From NCBI GenBank assembly GCA_022180565.1, contig BQML01000019.1:19381-83380 (forward strand): a DNA stretch of 64,000 bases. The letters run 5' to 3'. The DNA is from Bacteroidia bacterium. GTDB taxonomy: Bacteria > Bacteroidota > Ignavibacteria > UBA10030. Shown here one piece after another: positions 35,796-45,726 of the stretch. The translations under genes were made by a program, and so were the position numbers. Under the pieces are notes generated by a model. That model did no database searches. It worked only from the letters and a program-made list of their open reading frames with translations, and was not told where the DNA came from. Each line of letters begins with the position of its first letter. The stretch's first letter is position 1.

Positions 35796-36581
35796 ATGGC
35801 TCCATCCGCCTCAAAGACCTCAACCGTTAAGAAGAAGGCGGCCGTATACATCACCGGCGAGTCGCCGCTGGTGGAGGAATATGCTGAATTGGGATCCTCC
35901 CATGGCTACACTGTCGTTGTTCAGTGGAATGAGGACCGCAAGAGGGACACCGTGTACCGACGATCGGCGATCGTCCCGGCAGGAACAAGCCTCGCCCTGG
36001 AACTGACGAATACCGACCTCGAACGCAAGAAGAAGAATCTTCAGAAACTCGACAGAGCCCTTCCCCCCACCGCCGCCATTATCAGTTCCTCGGTGACCGT
36101 CTCGGCCTCCGAGCAGGCAACATGGATCAATCACCGCCATCGCCTGTCCGGATGCAGTGTCCTCCCCTCGTTTTCCGCGGGGAGCGTGATCGAGGTCGCT
36201 CCGACGGTTTACACACCCGTTGAGACCATGGAGGTTGTACGGAGGTTCTTCGCGTCCCTCGGCAAGACCTGTGAATTCGTCGAAGACCGGGTGGGCATGG
36301 TTCTCCCCCGCGTCGTCTGCCAGATCATCAATGAGGCCTGCTTCGCTCTTCAGGAAGGCGTCTCAACCCCTGCCGAGCTTGATACTGCAATGACGCTCGG
36401 CGTGAATTATCCCCATGGACCCATCGAGTGGGCGGAGGCCATAGGCCTCAGGCAAGTTGAGGCCGTGCTCGTGGCCCTTCAGAAAGATCTCGGTGAGGAC
36501 CGGTACCGCGTGGCGCCTCTTTTGCGCCAAATGGCCATGACGGGCGAGTGGTGGAACAAAAAACCACAGGAGGGATCATGA
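35796..36581 (+). CDS. 3-hydroxyacyl-CoA dehydrogenase family paralog lacking the NAD-binding glycine motif (likely non-catalytic or accessory subunit)
   Basis: 261 aa; N-terminus AAVYITGESPLVEEY replaces GxGxxG; recognisable HBD C-terminal domain (GMVLPRVVCQIINEACFALQEGVSTPAELDTAMTLGVNYPHGPIEWAE). Confidence 0.7.
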   Translation: MAPSASKTSTVKKKAAVYITGESPLVEEYAELGSSHGYTVVVQWNEDRKRDTVYRRSAIVPAGTSLALELTNTDLERKKKNLQKLDRALPPTAAIISSSVTVSASEQATWINHRHRLSGCSVLPSFSAGSVIEVAPTVYTPVETMEVVRRFFASLGKTCEFVEDRVGMVLPRVVCQIINEACFALQEGVSTPAELDTAMTLGVNYPHGPIEWAEAIGLRQVEAVLVALQKDLGEDRYRVAPLLRQMAMTGEWWNKKPQEGS

Positions 36582-37207
36582 ATCATCCTATGCTTGCCGT
36601 TGCCGTGCTGGCATTCTCGGTTGCCGTGGGTCAGGATTTTGAAGGATCGGTCACCTTCCGCGTGACGGGCCAGGAGAATGTGCAGTCGATCAAGTATCTG
36701 ACCAAGGGAAACAAGATCAGGCTCGAAGCCCAGGAAGGTGAGATGCAGGTTGTTATTCTCATGGACGTTGGTGTTAAGAGCATCACGATGGTCATGCCGG
36801 CGGCGAGGATGTATATGGAGATGCCGATGGATATGGGTTCCGACGGACCTGAAAACCTTCCGACGGATTTCAGGATGACCGGGAAGAAGGAAACAATCCT
36901 CGGCTATGCCTGTGAACAGGCCGTGATTCGGCAGGCGGAAGGCGAAACGGAGGTATGGGTAACGAAAGGCCTGGGAAGATTTCTGCAAGCCGGTTTTCCC
37001 GCCAGATCGTCATCCCCCGTCATGAAGAGAATCGAGGAAGAGTTGGTGCAGAAGGGGTTTTTTCCGTTAAGAATGATTACGCGTCCCGCTGACGGTTCGG
37101 GGGAAATGCGCATGGAAGCCACAAAGATTGAGAAGAGCCGACTCGCCGACGAATTGTTCTCAATCCCGACGGGCTATCAAAAGATGTCGATGCCCCCTCG
37201 TCAATAG
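36578..37207 (+). CDS. secreted hypothetical protein (possibly DUF4412-like)
   Basis: 209 aa from ATG at 36578 (GGAGGG RBS): MNHPMLAVAVLAFSVAVGQ signal peptide; ATGA overlap with preceding gene; family assignment weak. Confidence 0.5.
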   Translation: MNHPMLAVAVLAFSVAVGQDFEGSVTFRVTGQENVQSIKYLTKGNKIRLEAQEGEMQVVILMDVGVKSITMVMPAARMYMEMPMDMGSDGPENLPTDFRMTGKKETILGYACEQAVIRQAEGETEVWVTKGLGRFLQAGFPARSSSPVMKRIEEELVQKGFFPLRMITRPADGSGEMRMEATKIEKSRLADELFSIPTGYQKMSMPPRQ

Positions 37208-37313
37208 AAGCAACGGTCCAAGAACTCAAGGCCACGTGAAGCTCCTCCATGCCACCACGAAATCAATGAATCTTGCGAAACCGGAGAAGACAACACCGTA
37301 GAGGGGAAGTACG

Positions 37314-38015
37314 ATGATGAACACGTTCCTACGCGTTGCGGCTGTCGCCCTCACCGTTTTGACCTCTACTCGAACGGCGTTTCCCCAGGCAAAGCTCGCC
37401 CTTGCGGAACGGGAAATCGATCTTGGAAGGATCTATAATGGCCAAATCGTCAAGGCAACGATTCCCCTGAAGAATGCCGGTTCGTCGGCCCTTAAGATCA
37501 TCCGGATCAGCACCTCGTGCGGATGCACGACCGTTCGCCAGCCGGAGGGTGAAATTCCTCCCGGAAAAACGGATATGCTCGAGGTTGAATTCAATTCTTC
37601 GGGATTCCGCGGAAGGGCAACAAAGCATGTGTTCATTGAAACCAACGATCAGGAGAATCAATATGTCTCGGTGACGCTTTCTGCCGAGATTGTCGAGGAA
37701 CTGGCCCCTGTCGGGAACTCTTCGCTTGTCTGGTTCAGCGATGTTCCGGTGGGGAGCGCGGCACAGCAGAGATATGTACTGAAAAACATTTCGGGCCGGC
37801 GGCTGACGATCAAGGGGATTCGTTCGCCCAGCAAGGACATCCGTGCGTCGTATGATAAGAAAGTGGTAGCGCCACAGGATACGCTCTCCCTCATGTTCAC
37901 CGTTCAGCCCGCAAAGCCCGGGTATGTTATGGAAACCGTGTACGTCGAAACCGACAGCAAGAATCAGAGCCTCGTCCCCGTTCGTGTGAGCCTCGTTGGA
38001 GTCAGCCGTCCATGA
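37314..38015 (+). CDS. DUF1573 domain protein (two repeats, each with conserved SCGCT-like cysteine motif), secreted
   Basis: 233 aa, signal peptide MMNTFLRVAAVALTVLTSTRTAFPQA; motif ISTSCGCTTV characteristic of DUF1573 as I recall it. Confidence 0.6.
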   Translation: MMNTFLRVAAVALTVLTSTRTAFPQAKLALAEREIDLGRIYNGQIVKATIPLKNAGSSALKIIRISTSCGCTTVRQPEGEIPPGKTDMLEVEFNSSGFRGRATKHVFIETNDQENQYVSVTLSAEIVEELAPVGNSSLVWFSDVPVGSAAQQRYVLKNISGRRLTIKGIRSPSKDIRASYDKKVVAPQDTLSLMFTVQPAKPGYVMETVYVETDSKNQSLVPVRVSLVGVSRP

Positions 38016-38494
38016 CACGTTGGCACGCGGGTCTCCGGGAAGCCGCGATCATAGCGCTCTCCGCTTCGGTCTTCGGATTCGTCTATACCGGGATCATGCG
38101 CAAGGGCTTGTTTGCGGAGGGGTACTCCCAGGAATCAGCGGTTTCTCGTCCGGGTTCGCCTTCGACGATCATCCATGTGGACGAGGCCCGGGAATTGTAT
38201 GAATCCGGCCGAGCACTCTTCATCGACGCCCGGCATCCATTCGAGTTTGCGATGGGCCATATACCGAATGCGATCAACATTCCGCTGGGCGAGTTCGAGA
38301 AGCGGGAGAGCCAGATCGATTCGCTCCCCCGCGACAAAGTGCTGGTTACCTATTGTGACGGGGTCCAATGCAATTCCAGCATCGGGCTTGCGGCGCGGCT
38401 GAGGGAAGCGGGTTTTCAAAACGTTCAGATCTTCTTTGGCGGATGGAACGAGTGGCAGGCAAGAAACCTTCCGATAACGAAGTCGATGCAATGA
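38012..38494 (+). CDS. membrane-anchored rhodanese-like sulfurtransferase domain protein
   Basis: 160 aa; N-terminal TM helix then rhodanese fold with active-site loop VTYCDGVQCNSS; 4-nt overlap with upstream gene. Confidence 0.75.
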   Translation: MTRWHAGLREAAIIALSASVFGFVYTGIMRKGLFAEGYSQESAVSRPGSPSTIIHVDEARELYESGRALFIDARHPFEFAMGHIPNAINIPLGEFEKRESQIDSLPRDKVLVTYCDGVQCNSSIGLAARLREAGFQNVQIFFGGWNEWQARNLPITKSMQ

Positions 38495-38961
38495 TCAGAA
38501 TTCTCTCCAATGAGTACAATCTTCTGACGGCACGCGTGTTCCTCGGTGTCTTGTTCGTCGTTATCAGCATCGACAAGATTGCCGATCCTGCTGCGTTTGC
38601 CCGCAGTATCTCCGATTACCGGATTGTTACCGGAACCCCGGCCATGGTTCTTGCGACGGTGCTTCCCTGGGTAGAACTGCTGTGCGGCCTTGCTCTCGCG
38701 TTCGGCATTCTCCTCCGCGGAAGTTCCCTGCTTATCGGCTCACTGCTTATCGTTTTCACCTTTGCGGTGGCGTCCGCCCTGTTGAGGGACCTTGACATTT
38801 CGTGCGGATGTTTCACCCAAGCCCCGTCTGCCGACAGGATCGGCTGGCTGAAGATCGGCGAGAACATCGTTCTTCTGGCTCTGGCCGCCTATCTCTTTTT
38901 TTCCCGGAATCACCGGTTTTCGCTTGATGAGTACGTCCGTTCCTTTCCCCCAAGATCCTGA
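38491..38961 (+). CDS. MauE/DoxX-family membrane protein (redox-associated, CGC motif)
   Basis: 156 aa from ATG 38491 whose ATGA overlaps the rhodanese stop; four TM helices and DISCGCF motif typical of the MauE family. Confidence 0.7.
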   Translation: MIRILSNEYNLLTARVFLGVLFVVISIDKIADPAAFARSISDYRIVTGTPAMVLATVLPWVELLCGLALAFGILLRGSSLLIGSLLIVFTFAVASALLRDLDISCGCFTQAPSADRIGWLKIGENIVLLALAAYLFFSRNHRFSLDEYVRSFPPRS

Positions 38962-38965
38962 CTCT

Positions 38966-40186
38966 ATGCCTCCGTCAGACCGCCGAGAAGCCGTCATTGT
39001 CGATGCTCTGAGAACACCCGTGGGAAAGTACGGGGGTTCGCTTAAGGACGTTCGTGTCGACGATTTGAGCGCGCATGTTCTGCAAAGCCTCGTCAGGCGA
39101 ATTCAGCTGGACCCGGCCCTCATTGAAGATGTGCTGTGGGGATGTGCGAACCAGGCAGGGGAAGACAACAGAAATCTTGGCCGGATGGCAGCCTTGCTTG
39201 CAGGATTCCCTTCCAGTGTACCGGCAACAACCGTCAACAGGTTATGCGGATCGAGCCTCGATGCCATCAATCAGGCCGCCCGGGCCATCTGGAGCGGTGA
39301 CCACGAGATTCTCATCGCGGGTGGTGCTGAGAGCATGAGCCGCGCGCCGTACTCCATTCCGAAGAACGTTTCGGACGGACCTCTCTATGGGAACCTCATC
39401 GCGTATGACACGGCCCTCGGATGGCGATTTCCCAACCCCCGGATGGAGAAGATGTTTCCGCTTGAATCGATGGGCGAAACGGCGGAGAATATTGCTGAAC
39501 AATGGAAGATACGCAGAGAGGACCAGGACGCCTTTGCGTTGGAAAGCCACCGGAGGGCGGTTCGCGCGCAGGAAAGCGGGATCTTCGATGCAGAGATCGT
39601 TCCGGTCGAGATCCCCCGCCGAAAAGGGGATCCTGTTGTCGTGCGGCAGGACGATGGTCCCCGGCCGGATACGAGCCTGGAAAAACTGGCCGCCCTGGCG
39701 CCGGCATTTCGCAAGGGAGGAACCGTGACGGCGGGGAATTCCTCATCACTCAACGACGGCGCGGCAGCACTTGTCTTGATGAGCGAACATCGCGCACGGT
39801 CCCTCGGATTTTCCCCGCTGGCCAGAATCGTCGCCACGGGTATTGCGGGAGTGGACCCGAGAATCATGGGAATTGGACCTGTTCCTGCAACGCGGATGGC
39901 GCTGAAAAAAGCCGGACTGAGCCTGAAGGATATTGGTCTGGTTGAGCTGAACGAGGCATTTGCCGCGCAGTCACTTGCCGTCATCCGGGAACTCGATCTC
40001 GACCCCGCGATTGTCAATCCGCACGGCGGTGCCATCGCCCTGGGCCACCCCCTCGGCTGCAGCGGCGCGCGCATCATGACCACATTGCTTCACTCCATGA
40101 AACGTCGGCAGATCCGCTACGGGCTCGCCACCATGTGCATCGGCGTCGGCCAGGGTATCGCCACCATTGTTGAGCGCGTGTCCTGA
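38966..40186 (+). CDS. acetyl-CoA C-acyltransferase (thiolase II / PaaJ-like)
   Basis: ~407 aa; [27 protein letters not shown] (active Cys), CIGVGQG C-terminus; alternative starts TTG 38924 / ATG 38927 overlap the MauE stop. Confidence 0.9.
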   Translation: MPPSDRREAVIVDALRTPVGKYGGSLKDVRVDDLSAHVLQSLVRRIQLDPALIEDVLWGCANQAGEDNRNLGRMAALLAGFPSSVPATTVNRLCGSSLDAINQAARAIWSGDHEILIAGGAESMSRAPYSIPKNVSDGPLYGNLIAYDTALGWRFPNPRMEKMFPLESMGETAENIAEQWKIRREDQDAFALESHRRAVRAQESGIFDAEIVPVEIPRRKGDPVVVRQDDGPRPDTSLEKLAALAPAFRKGGTVTAGNSSSLNDGAAALVLMSEHRARSLGFSPLARIVATGIAGVDPRIMGIGPVPATRMALKKAGLSLKDIGLVELNEAFAAQSLAVIRELDLDPAIVNPHGGAIALGHPLGCSGARIMTTLLHSMKRRQIRYGLATMCIGVGQGIATIVERVS

Positions 40187-40216
40187 CGTACACCATTGAA
40201 TGAATTCGGAGGAATC

Positions 40217-41890
40217 ATGACCCGATATCGCATCATTGTTGCTTTCGCCTTTGTGTTGCTTTCCTGCGGCACCCCCGACGGGAACATCACTCCGGCCCTC
40301 AACTCCATCACCCCGGAAGATCTCCTCGGCCACATCAAGACGCTTTCCTCCGATGAATTCGAAGGCCGCGCTCCCGGCGGCAAAGGAGAGGAATTGACCG
40401 TAGCCTACCTCATCGAGCAGTTTCAACGGATGGGATTGAAGCCGGGCAATCCGGACAGCAGTTTCATTCAGGAGGTACCGCTCCTCGGTTTCACCACGCG
40501 CACGACGGCGTCCTACGTCGCCGGAGGCAAGCGAAAGAACCTGAAGCCGCTGGAGGATTATGTTGCTGTCTCGCGTCGGTTTACGCCCACCGTATCCGTG
40601 AAAAACTCCGACATCGTGTTCGTCGGATACGGCGTGGTGGCCCCTGAGTACGGCTGGGATGATTATAAAGACGTCGACGTCCGCGGCAAAACGATCCTCA
40701 TGCTCATCAACGACCCCCCCGTTCCCGACCCGTCCGATCCCGGCCGGCTGGATCCAAAGATGTTCAAGGGCAATGCCATGACGTACTACGGTCGATGGAC
40801 GTACAAGTATGAGATTGCGTCGCAGAAGGGAGCGGCTGCGGCAATCATCATTCACGAAACCGGCCCTGCCGGCTACCCGTTCGAGGTGGTGTCCGGCAGT
40901 TGGGGAACCGAAAACTTCGACATTGGCTCTCCGAACAGAGGTCCGCTGCAGCGCGTGGCCATCGAAGCATGGGTTACCACCGATGTTGCGCGCGAACTGT
41001 TCTCCTCGGCAGGCAAGAACTTTGACGATCTGAAGAAAGAAGCCCTCAAGCCCGGTTTCAGACCGGTGATGCTGAATGCGAGGATGACGTTCCATGCGCG
41101 TACGACCATGCGGGAGGTCCTTTCGAAGAATGTCCTGGCGCTGCTCGAAGGATCCGATCCCGTTCTGAAAGACCAGTATGTCATCTACACGGCCCATTGG
41201 GATCATCTCGGAAAGGACGAGACCCGCGCCGGAGATCAGATTTTCAACGGTGCTCTGGACAACGCTTCGGGCACGGCGGGCATGCTGGAAATCGCCGAAG
41301 CCTTTACGAAGCTTCCGTCTCCCCCGAAACGTTCCGTTCTGTTTCTGGCCGTCACTGCCGAAGAGCAGGGATTGCTGGGAGCCAAGTACTACGCTGAGAA
41401 TCCTCTCTACCCCCTGGCAAAAACCCTTGCCAACATCAACATCGACGGAATGAACCAGTGGGGAAGGACGCGGGATATCGTCGTCGTGGGATCGGGAAAT
41501 ACAACCCTCGAAAATATCCTCCAGTCCGAGGCAGCCGCTCAGGGACGGGTCTTAAAAGACGATCCTGAACCCGAGAAAGGATATTTCTATCGGTCAGATC
41601 ATTTTGAGTTTGCCAAGAAAGGTGTGCCTGCTCTCTACACGGATTCCGGTACGGAATACATCGGCAAACCGGAGGGATATGGCGAGCAGAAGAGAGAAGA
41701 ATACACAACAAATGATTACCACAAACCCTCCGATGAGATCAAACCTGATTGGGATCTCACCGGCGCCGTGGAAGATTTCCGCCTCTTGTTCAGAGTCGGA
41801 CACCGTGTTGCGACGGACCAAAGCTGGCCGGAATGGAAACCGGGAACAGAGTTCAGGGCCGTGCGGGAAGAGATGATGAAGGGGAAGTGA
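40217..41890 (+). CDS. M28-family metallo-aminopeptidase lipoprotein with PA domain
   Basis: ~557 aa from ATG 40217 (GGAGG RBS); lipobox LLSCG; M28 metal-ligand blocks ([32 protein letters not shown]). Confidence 0.8.
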   Translation: MTRYRIIVAFAFVLLSCGTPDGNITPALNSITPEDLLGHIKTLSSDEFEGRAPGGKGEELTVAYLIEQFQRMGLKPGNPDSSFIQEVPLLGFTTRTTASYVAGGKRKNLKPLEDYVAVSRRFTPTVSVKNSDIVFVGYGVVAPEYGWDDYKDVDVRGKTILMLINDPPVPDPSDPGRLDPKMFKGNAMTYYGRWTYKYEIASQKGAAAAIIIHETGPAGYPFEVVSGSWGTENFDIGSPNRGPLQRVAIEAWVTTDVARELFSSAGKNFDDLKKEALKPGFRPVMLNARMTFHARTTMREVLSKNVLALLEGSDPVLKDQYVIYTAHWDHLGKDETRAGDQIFNGALDNASGTAGMLEIAEAFTKLPSPPKRSVLFLAVTAEEQGLLGAKYYAENPLYPLAKTLANINIDGMNQWGRTRDIVVVGSGNTTLENILQSEAAAQGRVLKDDPEPEKGYFYRSDHFEFAKKGVPALYTDSGTEYIGKPEGYGEQKREEYTTNDYHKPSDEIKPDWDLTGAVEDFRLLFRVGHRVATDQSWPEWKPGTEFRAVREEMMKGK

Positions 41891-41951
41891 AGAATGGAGA
41901 TGGAGACTGGAGGGTGATTTCTCACCTCAAAGACGATAAGAAGGAATAAGG

Positions 41952-43823
41952 ATGAAACGAAACTTGTTCGTTGTGATTCTGCTTACGATAGTTCTCCTGC
42001 CCCACCATGTTCAGGCGCAGGGCGACTTCGATGTCCGACAGTACTATACGAAGTATGAATATAGGATTCCCATGCGCGATGGGGTGAAACTCTTCACGGC
42101 CGTGTACATCCCGAAAGATACGAGCAAACAATATCCGATCATGATGATGCGGACGCCGTACAGTGTGGGCCCGTACGGGGCCGACAAGTACCGGGCAACG
42201 CTCGGTCCCTCGAAGCTTTTCGACCGCGACGGATACATCTTCGTCCATCAGGATATCCGCGGCAAGTTCATGTCGGAAGGCCGCTATGTGTACCATGCTC
42301 CGATCAAAACCGGGAAGAAAAGCAAGCAAGACACCGATCATTCGACCGACACGTACGACACGATTGAGTGGCTGTTAGCCAACGTTCGGCATCATAACGG
42401 CCGTGTCGGCATTTGGGGCATTTCGTACCCCGGATTCCTTGCCGCGTTGAGCCTTGTGGATTCCCATCCCGCGCTGAAAGCCGTCTCTCCTCAGGCGCCC
42501 ATGGGCGACACGTTCATCGGAGACGATTTTCACCATAACGGTGCGTTCTTCCTTGCCCACGCGTTCGGATGGCTTGCGGGCACTGCTCCGTCGCGTTCGA
42601 ACCGCGAAGCTGCCGTGAACAGGCAACGCGGATTCGATTACGGAACGCCGGACGGCTACAGATTTTTTCTGGAACTCGGTCCGCTCTCGAACGTTGAAGA
42701 CAAGTACTTTCAAGGTTCAGTGCCGACATGGACGGAGTTTATGAAGCACGGGACGTATGACGAGTACTGGCAATCACGCAATGTACCCCAGCACATGAAC
42801 CGCGTGAAGCCGGCCGTCATGACCGTTGCCGGATGGTTTGATTCCGAGGATCCCTGGGGTGCCGCGAACATTTACCGCTCGATCGAATCTCGGAACCCCG
42901 ACGCGTTCAACATCATCGTCTGGGGCCCATGGCTCCACGGCGGATGGGCCCGAATGGACGGCGACACGCTCGGATATGCCCGCTTCGACAGCAAGACAAG
43001 TCTCTGGTACAGAGAAAACATCGAGATGAGGTTCTTCCGCTCTCTCCTGAAGGATACTACGACACCGGAGCTTCCGGAGACCTGGGCATTCATGACGGGC
43101 GGCAACGAGTGGAGGTCGTTCTCCGCCTGGCCGCCGCGCGAAGCAACCCCAAGGACGCTCTATCTTCATTCCAACGGTGCGGCATCCTTTTCTCCTCCGA
43201 CGTCATCGTCCGCCCCTTTCCGTGAGTACGTGAGCGATCCCGCAAAGCCCGTTCCCTTTACCGCCGTGACCACGACGCGTATGGGCCATCTGTTCATGGT
43301 CGAAGACCAGCGGTTCGCGTCGACGAGGCCGGATGTGCTGGTCTACGAGTCCGACATTCTTGATCGGGACATCACAATCGCGGGACCGATCGAGGTGACC
43401 CTCCACGCTTCGACGTCAGGCACGGATTGTGACTGGATCGTAAAGCTGATTGATGTGTTTCCGGGTGACGCTCCCGACCCTGAGCCCAATCCGGCGGGCG
43501 TGAGGATGGGGCACTTCCAGATGCTCATCGGAGCAGAGGTGATGCGGAGCAAGTTCCGCAACAGCCTGCAGAACCCGGAACCCATGAAACCCGGCGAGAT
43601 CACCAAGATTGTTTACAACATCCCCGATAAATTCCATCGCTTCAGGAAGGGTCACAGGATCATGGTGCAGGTCCAGAGCACCTGGTTTCCTCTTATCGAC
43701 CGGAATCCGGGAATATTCATGGATATCTACAAGGCTTCTGCGGCGGACTTTCGACCCACGATCCAACGGGTATATTCCGGCGGGGCAACGCGTTCATCCC
43801 TCAAACTGCTTGTTCTCGACTAA
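41952..43823 (+). CDS. CocE/NonD-family hydrolase (S15 X-Pro dipeptidyl-peptidase-like), secreted
   Basis: 623 aa, signal peptide MKRNLFVVILLTIVLLPHHVQAQ, nucleophile elbow GISYPGF, C-terminal beta-sandwich. Confidence 0.8.
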   Translation: MKRNLFVVILLTIVLLPHHVQAQGDFDVRQYYTKYEYRIPMRDGVKLFTAVYIPKDTSKQYPIMMMRTPYSVGPYGADKYRATLGPSKLFDRDGYIFVHQDIRGKFMSEGRYVYHAPIKTGKKSKQDTDHSTDTYDTIEWLLANVRHHNGRVGIWGISYPGFLAALSLVDSHPALKAVSPQAPMGDTFIGDDFHHNGAFFLAHAFGWLAGTAPSRSNREAAVNRQRGFDYGTPDGYRFFLELGPLSNVEDKYFQGSVPTWTEFMKHGTYDEYWQSRNVPQHMNRVKPAVMTVAGWFDSEDPWGAANIYRSIESRNPDAFNIIVWGPWLHGGWARMDGDTLGYARFDSKTSLWYRENIEMRFFRSLLKDTTTPELPETWAFMTGGNEWRSFSAWPPREATPRTLYLHSNGAASFSPPTSSSAPFREYVSDPAKPVPFTAVTTTRMGHLFMVEDQRFASTRPDVLVYESDILDRDITIAGPIEVTLHASTSGTDCDWIVKLIDVFPGDAPDPEPNPAGVRMGHFQMLIGAEVMRSKFRNSLQNPEPMKPGEITKIVYNIPDKFHRFRKGHRIMVQVQSTWFPLIDRNPGIFMDIYKASAADFRPTIQRVYSGGATRSSLKLLVLD

Positions 43824-43838
43824 TCAAGGCAAACCACC

Positions 43839-45701
43839 ATGCGACGTTCACTTTCTGTCCTTCTCCTTCTCGGCATCATCCTTGTCCCTGTCCTCGGACA
43901 GGATTCCCTCTTTGTCCGTGAGCATTACGTCAAACAGGAACATCGGATCGTCATGAGAGACGGTGTTGAGCTGTTCACCGTTGTCTATGTTCCCAAGGAC
44001 AATTCCGAACAGCATCCGATCATGCTGACGCGGACGCCGTACAGTGTCGGGCCGTATGGTCCGGAGAATTATCTTCGTTTCCTGAGCAATCTTCAGCGGA
44101 AGTACTTCGAGCGCAACTATATTATGGCATATCAGGATGTCCGCGGACGATTTATGTCGGGTGGGGAGTTCGTGAATGTGAGGCCGTACATTCCGAACAA
44201 GAAGAGCAACAAGGACATCGACGAAACCACCGATACGTATGACACGGTGGATTGGTTGGTCAAGAACATCCCCAACAACAACGGACGTGTGGGCGTGAAG
44301 GGGATTTCGTACCCTGGCTTCTATACGACCATGGCCACGATCGATGCGCACCCCGCGGTCAAGGCCACTTCTCCTCAGGCTCCCGTTTCAAAGTGGATGG
44401 CCGGCGACGATTTTTTCCACAACGGCGCTTTTCTGGTGTCCCATGCCTTTGATTTCTATGTCCGCTTCGGTTGGCCGAGGCCTACCCCCACAACAAGGGA
44501 TTTCCGTCCTTTCGATCCCGGTACACCGGATGGATACCAGTTTTACATGGATCTCGGTCCGCTTCCCAATGCCAACAAGTTGTATCTGAAAGACAGCGTC
44601 GCGTTCTGGAACGACATCATGAAGCACGGAAAATGGGATGCATTTTGGGAGGCGAGAGACGTGTTTCCTCATGTGAAGAACCTCAGGCCCGCGACCCTTG
44701 TGGTTGGAGGATGGTTCGATGCGGAAAACCTCTATGGTGCGCTCAACCTGTATCAGAACATCGAGCAAAAGAACAGGAACCACGAAAACATGCTCGTCAT
44801 GGGGCCGTGGGCACATGGATGGTGGGCGGCCAATGCCGTGGATTCGCTGGGTCCGATCAAGTTCGGAATGAACCTATCGGATTTCTTTGCGGACAGTCTG
44901 GAGCTCCCTTTCTTCGAGCACCATCTGCGCGGGAAAGCGAAACCCTCCCTTGCCGAAGCGACCGTGTTTGAAACCGGAGCGAATCGTTGGCGCCGGTTCG
45001 ACAGCTGGCCCCCAAAGAACGCCCGCGTTCGCCAATTGTACCTTCGGGAAAACGGCCGTCTTTCCTTCACCCGTCCCGAACCCGGAATGGATGAATACGA
45101 TGAATACTGGAATGATCCTGCCAAGCCCGTACCGTACACCGACGAGATCACGCGGTGGTACAATCCCGCCTTCATGTTGGAAGACCAACGGTTTGCCGCG
45201 CGGCGGCCCGACGTGCTCGTGTACGCGACAGAACCTCTGGAAGAAGATCTGACCATTGCGGGTCCGATCGCGGCGGATTTGATTGTTTCCACATCGGGGT
45301 CGGACTGTGACTGGATCGTGAAAGTGATCGACGTCTTCCCCAACGACACCCCTGATCCCGCCGCGTATCCCTTCAAGGTAAAATTCGGAGGTTACCAGAT
45401 GCTCGTGCGCGGCGATGTCCTGCGCGGAAAATTCCGCAACAGCCTTGCCAATCCGGAATCCTTCATTCCCGACACGCTGACCAAGGTTTCGTTCGTCCTT
45501 CAGGATGCCTTCCATACGTTCAAGAAAGGTCATCGGATCATGGTGCAGATCCAGAGCTCATGGTTTCCTCTGGTCGACAGAAATCCCGGAAAGTTCCTCG
45601 ACATCTATAGTGCACGCGAATCAGATTATCAGGCCACCCGGCAACGGGTGTACCGTACACCCATCAATCCGTCGTTTCTCCGGTTGATGGTCCTGGAGTG
45701 A
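43839..45701 (+). CDS. CocE/NonD-family hydrolase paralog (tandem duplicate of 41952..43823)
   Basis: 620 aa, signal peptide, GISYPGF nucleophile motif, colinear similarity to the upstream gene throughout (e.g. TRTPYSVGPYG, DTYDT, FHNGAF, SGTDCDWIVK, GHRIMVQ). Confidence 0.8.
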   Translation: MRRSLSVLLLLGIILVPVLGQDSLFVREHYVKQEHRIVMRDGVELFTVVYVPKDNSEQHPIMLTRTPYSVGPYGPENYLRFLSNLQRKYFERNYIMAYQDVRGRFMSGGEFVNVRPYIPNKKSNKDIDETTDTYDTVDWLVKNIPNNNGRVGVKGISYPGFYTTMATIDAHPAVKATSPQAPVSKWMAGDDFFHNGAFLVSHAFDFYVRFGWPRPTPTTRDFRPFDPGTPDGYQFYMDLGPLPNANKLYLKDSVAFWNDIMKHGKWDAFWEARDVFPHVKNLRPATLVVGGWFDAENLYGALNLYQNIEQKNRNHENMLVMGPWAHGWWAANAVDSLGPIKFGMNLSDFFADSLELPFFEHHLRGKAKPSLAEATVFETGANRWRRFDSWPPKNARVRQLYLRENGRLSFTRPEPGMDEYDEYWNDPAKPVPYTDEITRWYNPAFMLEDQRFAARRPDVLVYATEPLEEDLTIAGPIAADLIVSTSGSDCDWIVKVIDVFPNDTPDPAAYPFKVKFGGYQMLVRGDVLRGKFRNSLANPESFIPDTLTKVSFVLQDAFHTFKKGHRIMVQIQSSWFPLVDRNPGKFLDIYSARESDYQATRQRVYRTPINPSFLRLMVLE

Positions 45702-45726
45702 AGACGGCCCGAGGAGCCCGGGCGTC

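Noticed and set aside
38924-38965. TTG/ATG starts at 38924/38927 for the thiolase
   Set aside because: They would overlap the MauE gene end and add a non-conserved [14 protein letters not shown] extension; ATG 38966 right after the MauE stop gives the conserved thiolase N-terminus. Kept as an alternative only.
39971-41206. 411-aa minus-strand ORF antisense to the thiolase/M28 peptidase junction, and 62648..63214 minus-strand ORF inside the S9 peptidase
   Set aside because: Antisense shadows of well-supported plus-strand genes, with no motifs.
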